DNA of 62,392 bases, counting the filler. It is 7 parts of 7 records of this genome, joined end to end, with 100 filler letters (N's around TTAATTAATTAA, not from the genome) between each part and the next. Parts side by side here need not be neighbours in the genome. Positions count along the whole stretch, not along the records: positions 56,786 to 62,392 come from SRR31147125_11982; 6 more parts are not named here. One strand, written 5' to 3'. Each line of letters opens with the position of its first letter. Position 1 is the stretch's first letter. Under the pieces are notes generated by a model. The model had not been told where the DNA came from, did not search any database, and saw only the letters and a program-made list of their open reading frames with translations. Below, piece after piece: positions 61,207 to 62,392 of the stretch. The position numbers and the translations under genes were made by a program.

Positions 61207-61674
61207 ATGGCAAATATACTCATTGTAGATGACGAGCAAGACATTTTAGAGACTTTGCCGGAAGTGGTTTCTAAATGGGGCCATAAGACGTTTACGGCAA
61301 AAAACGGAGTGCAGGCCCTGGAGGTCTTTAATGAAAATCCGGTCGATTTTATTATCACCGATATTAAAATGCCGGAAATGAACGGCCTGGAACTTTTGCA
61401 AAAGCTTCAGGATATCGATAAAAAGGCCATGATTATCTTTTTAACCGGGTACCCTTCACTCGACACAGCCATTTCTGCTATGCGATCAGGAGCTTACGAT
61501 TATCTTGTCAAACCGGTTAATCTGGATGAATTAAAACTGCGCATTGAACGGGGACTAGAGCGTAAAGAACACATCAAATCCATACCCTTATTGCGGGGAT
61601 TGAACTGGGCCTTGCTGGTTTCTATCCCATTATGGCTTGTCCTCGGTATTATCCTGGCAAAATTGTTGCGATGA
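61207..61674 (+). CDS. Receiver-domain protein with a C-terminal TM helix
   Basis: VDDE, TDIKMP, LTG, KP; C-terminal WALLVSIPLWLVLGIILAK. Confidence 0.85.
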   Translation: MANILIVDDEQDILETLPEVVSKWGHKTFTAKNGVQALEVFNENPVDFIITDIKMPEMNGLELLQKLQDIDKKAMIIFLTGYPSLDTAISAMRSGAYDYLVKPVNLDELKLRIERGLERKEHIKSIPLLRGLNWALLVSIPLWLVLGIILAKLLR

Positions 61675-61911
61675 TTTACATTTTAAAAGTGCTTATTATA
61701 AAGTCGAGATTAAAGTTGTCTTGACGGGATTATGCTAGCCCCTTTCGAATCCGTAATAATATCTTTATTTTTTAATGCTTTCTCCTATTTTCCCTCCATT
61801 ACTATTAAAAGTTCTCGATTCACACGAATTTATTCCGTATTTTACTGTTTAATAATGTGGGGAAATTTTAGTAATATTTCTAATAAATGGAATTAATCAA
61901 AGGTATTTAAT

Positions 61912-62392
61912 ATGAAAAAAAACGATATGATTAGTCTTGATACACGATTTCTAAAAGGATATTTATCTCTCGATGAAATTCATAAAATAGAACCAAAAGT
62001 TAATAAAGCCAGAGAAGCGCTGTTAACAAAAACGTGCGCCGGACATGATTTTCTCGGCTGGGTGGATCTGCCTTTTCAAAATAATAAAAACGAGATAGAC
62101 CTTATTAATCAATACGCTGCTGAGATTAAAGAAAATGCCGATTATTTGGTTGTCATTGGTATCGGTGGAAGTTATTTGGGTGCCCGGGCAACAATTGAAT
62201 TCCTGTCTCCCGCTTTTGGCTCAAATAAACCTCAGATCATTTATTTTGGCCATCAACTAAGTATGGATTATGCCTGGGAGCTGCTGGAGTTTCTCAAAGA
62301 TAAAAGTTTTTATGTCAATGTCATCTCAAAATCCGGCACAACGACCGAGCCCGGTATTGCATTTCGTATTATTAAAGATTTTATGCAAAAAA
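61912..62392 (+). CDS. pgi: Glucose-6-phosphate isomerase (3' partial; not in the ORF track)
   Basis: G.DFLGWVDLP; VVIGIGGSYLGARA; VISKSGTTTEP. Confidence 0.95.
   Translation, partial: MKKNDMISLDTRFLKGYLSLDEIHKIEPKVNKAREALLTKTCAGHDFLGWVDLPFQNNKNEIDLINQYAAEIKENADYLVVIGIGGSYLGARATIEFLSPAFGSNKPQIIYFGHQLSMDYAWELLEFLKDKSFYVNVISKSGTTTEPGIAFRIIKDFMQK

Overview
The window is not one locus. It is seven unrelated contigs joined by artificial 100-nt spacers (N44-TTAATTAATTAA-N44): A 1-17894, B 17995-24079, C 24180-31105, D 31206-42000, E 42101-48931, F 49032-56685 and G 56786-62392. Taxonomic labels below are impressions from gene content only. Contig A (AT-rich, Deltaproteobacteria/Bdellovibrionota-like) is mostly orphan genes and carries the strongest novel signal. 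Six intergenic copies of a perfect palindrome, GTATTC-N6-GAATAC, each sit 18-20 or 29 bp upstream of a sigma28-like promoter, CAAC-N16/17-CGATAA. One copy precedes a TIGR02147/DUF4423 HTH gene coupled to a lipoprotein, which suggests an undescribed regulon and a candidate DNA target for that family. Contigs B-D are Clostridia-like: hisC, a DUF5058 membrane pair with an M20 peptidase, a two-component system with an ABC exporter, a guaA-3'-end att site, EPS genes and a WYL-GyrI-GNAT cluster. Contig E is a defence island (HTH-fused and Dam-like MTases, a PD-(D/E)XK nuclease with a putative reader domain, a HEPN-motif protein) next to a secreted GH57. Contig F is an operon with a GAP1-M-like protein, a large membrane protein, MotA/TolQ and two ExbD-like proteins. 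Contig G has a kinase, an NtrC-type activator, a sigma54 promoter facing an ORF-less structured region, nth and pgi. Several split or fused ORFs are explained by one-base homopolymer indels, probably sequencing errors.
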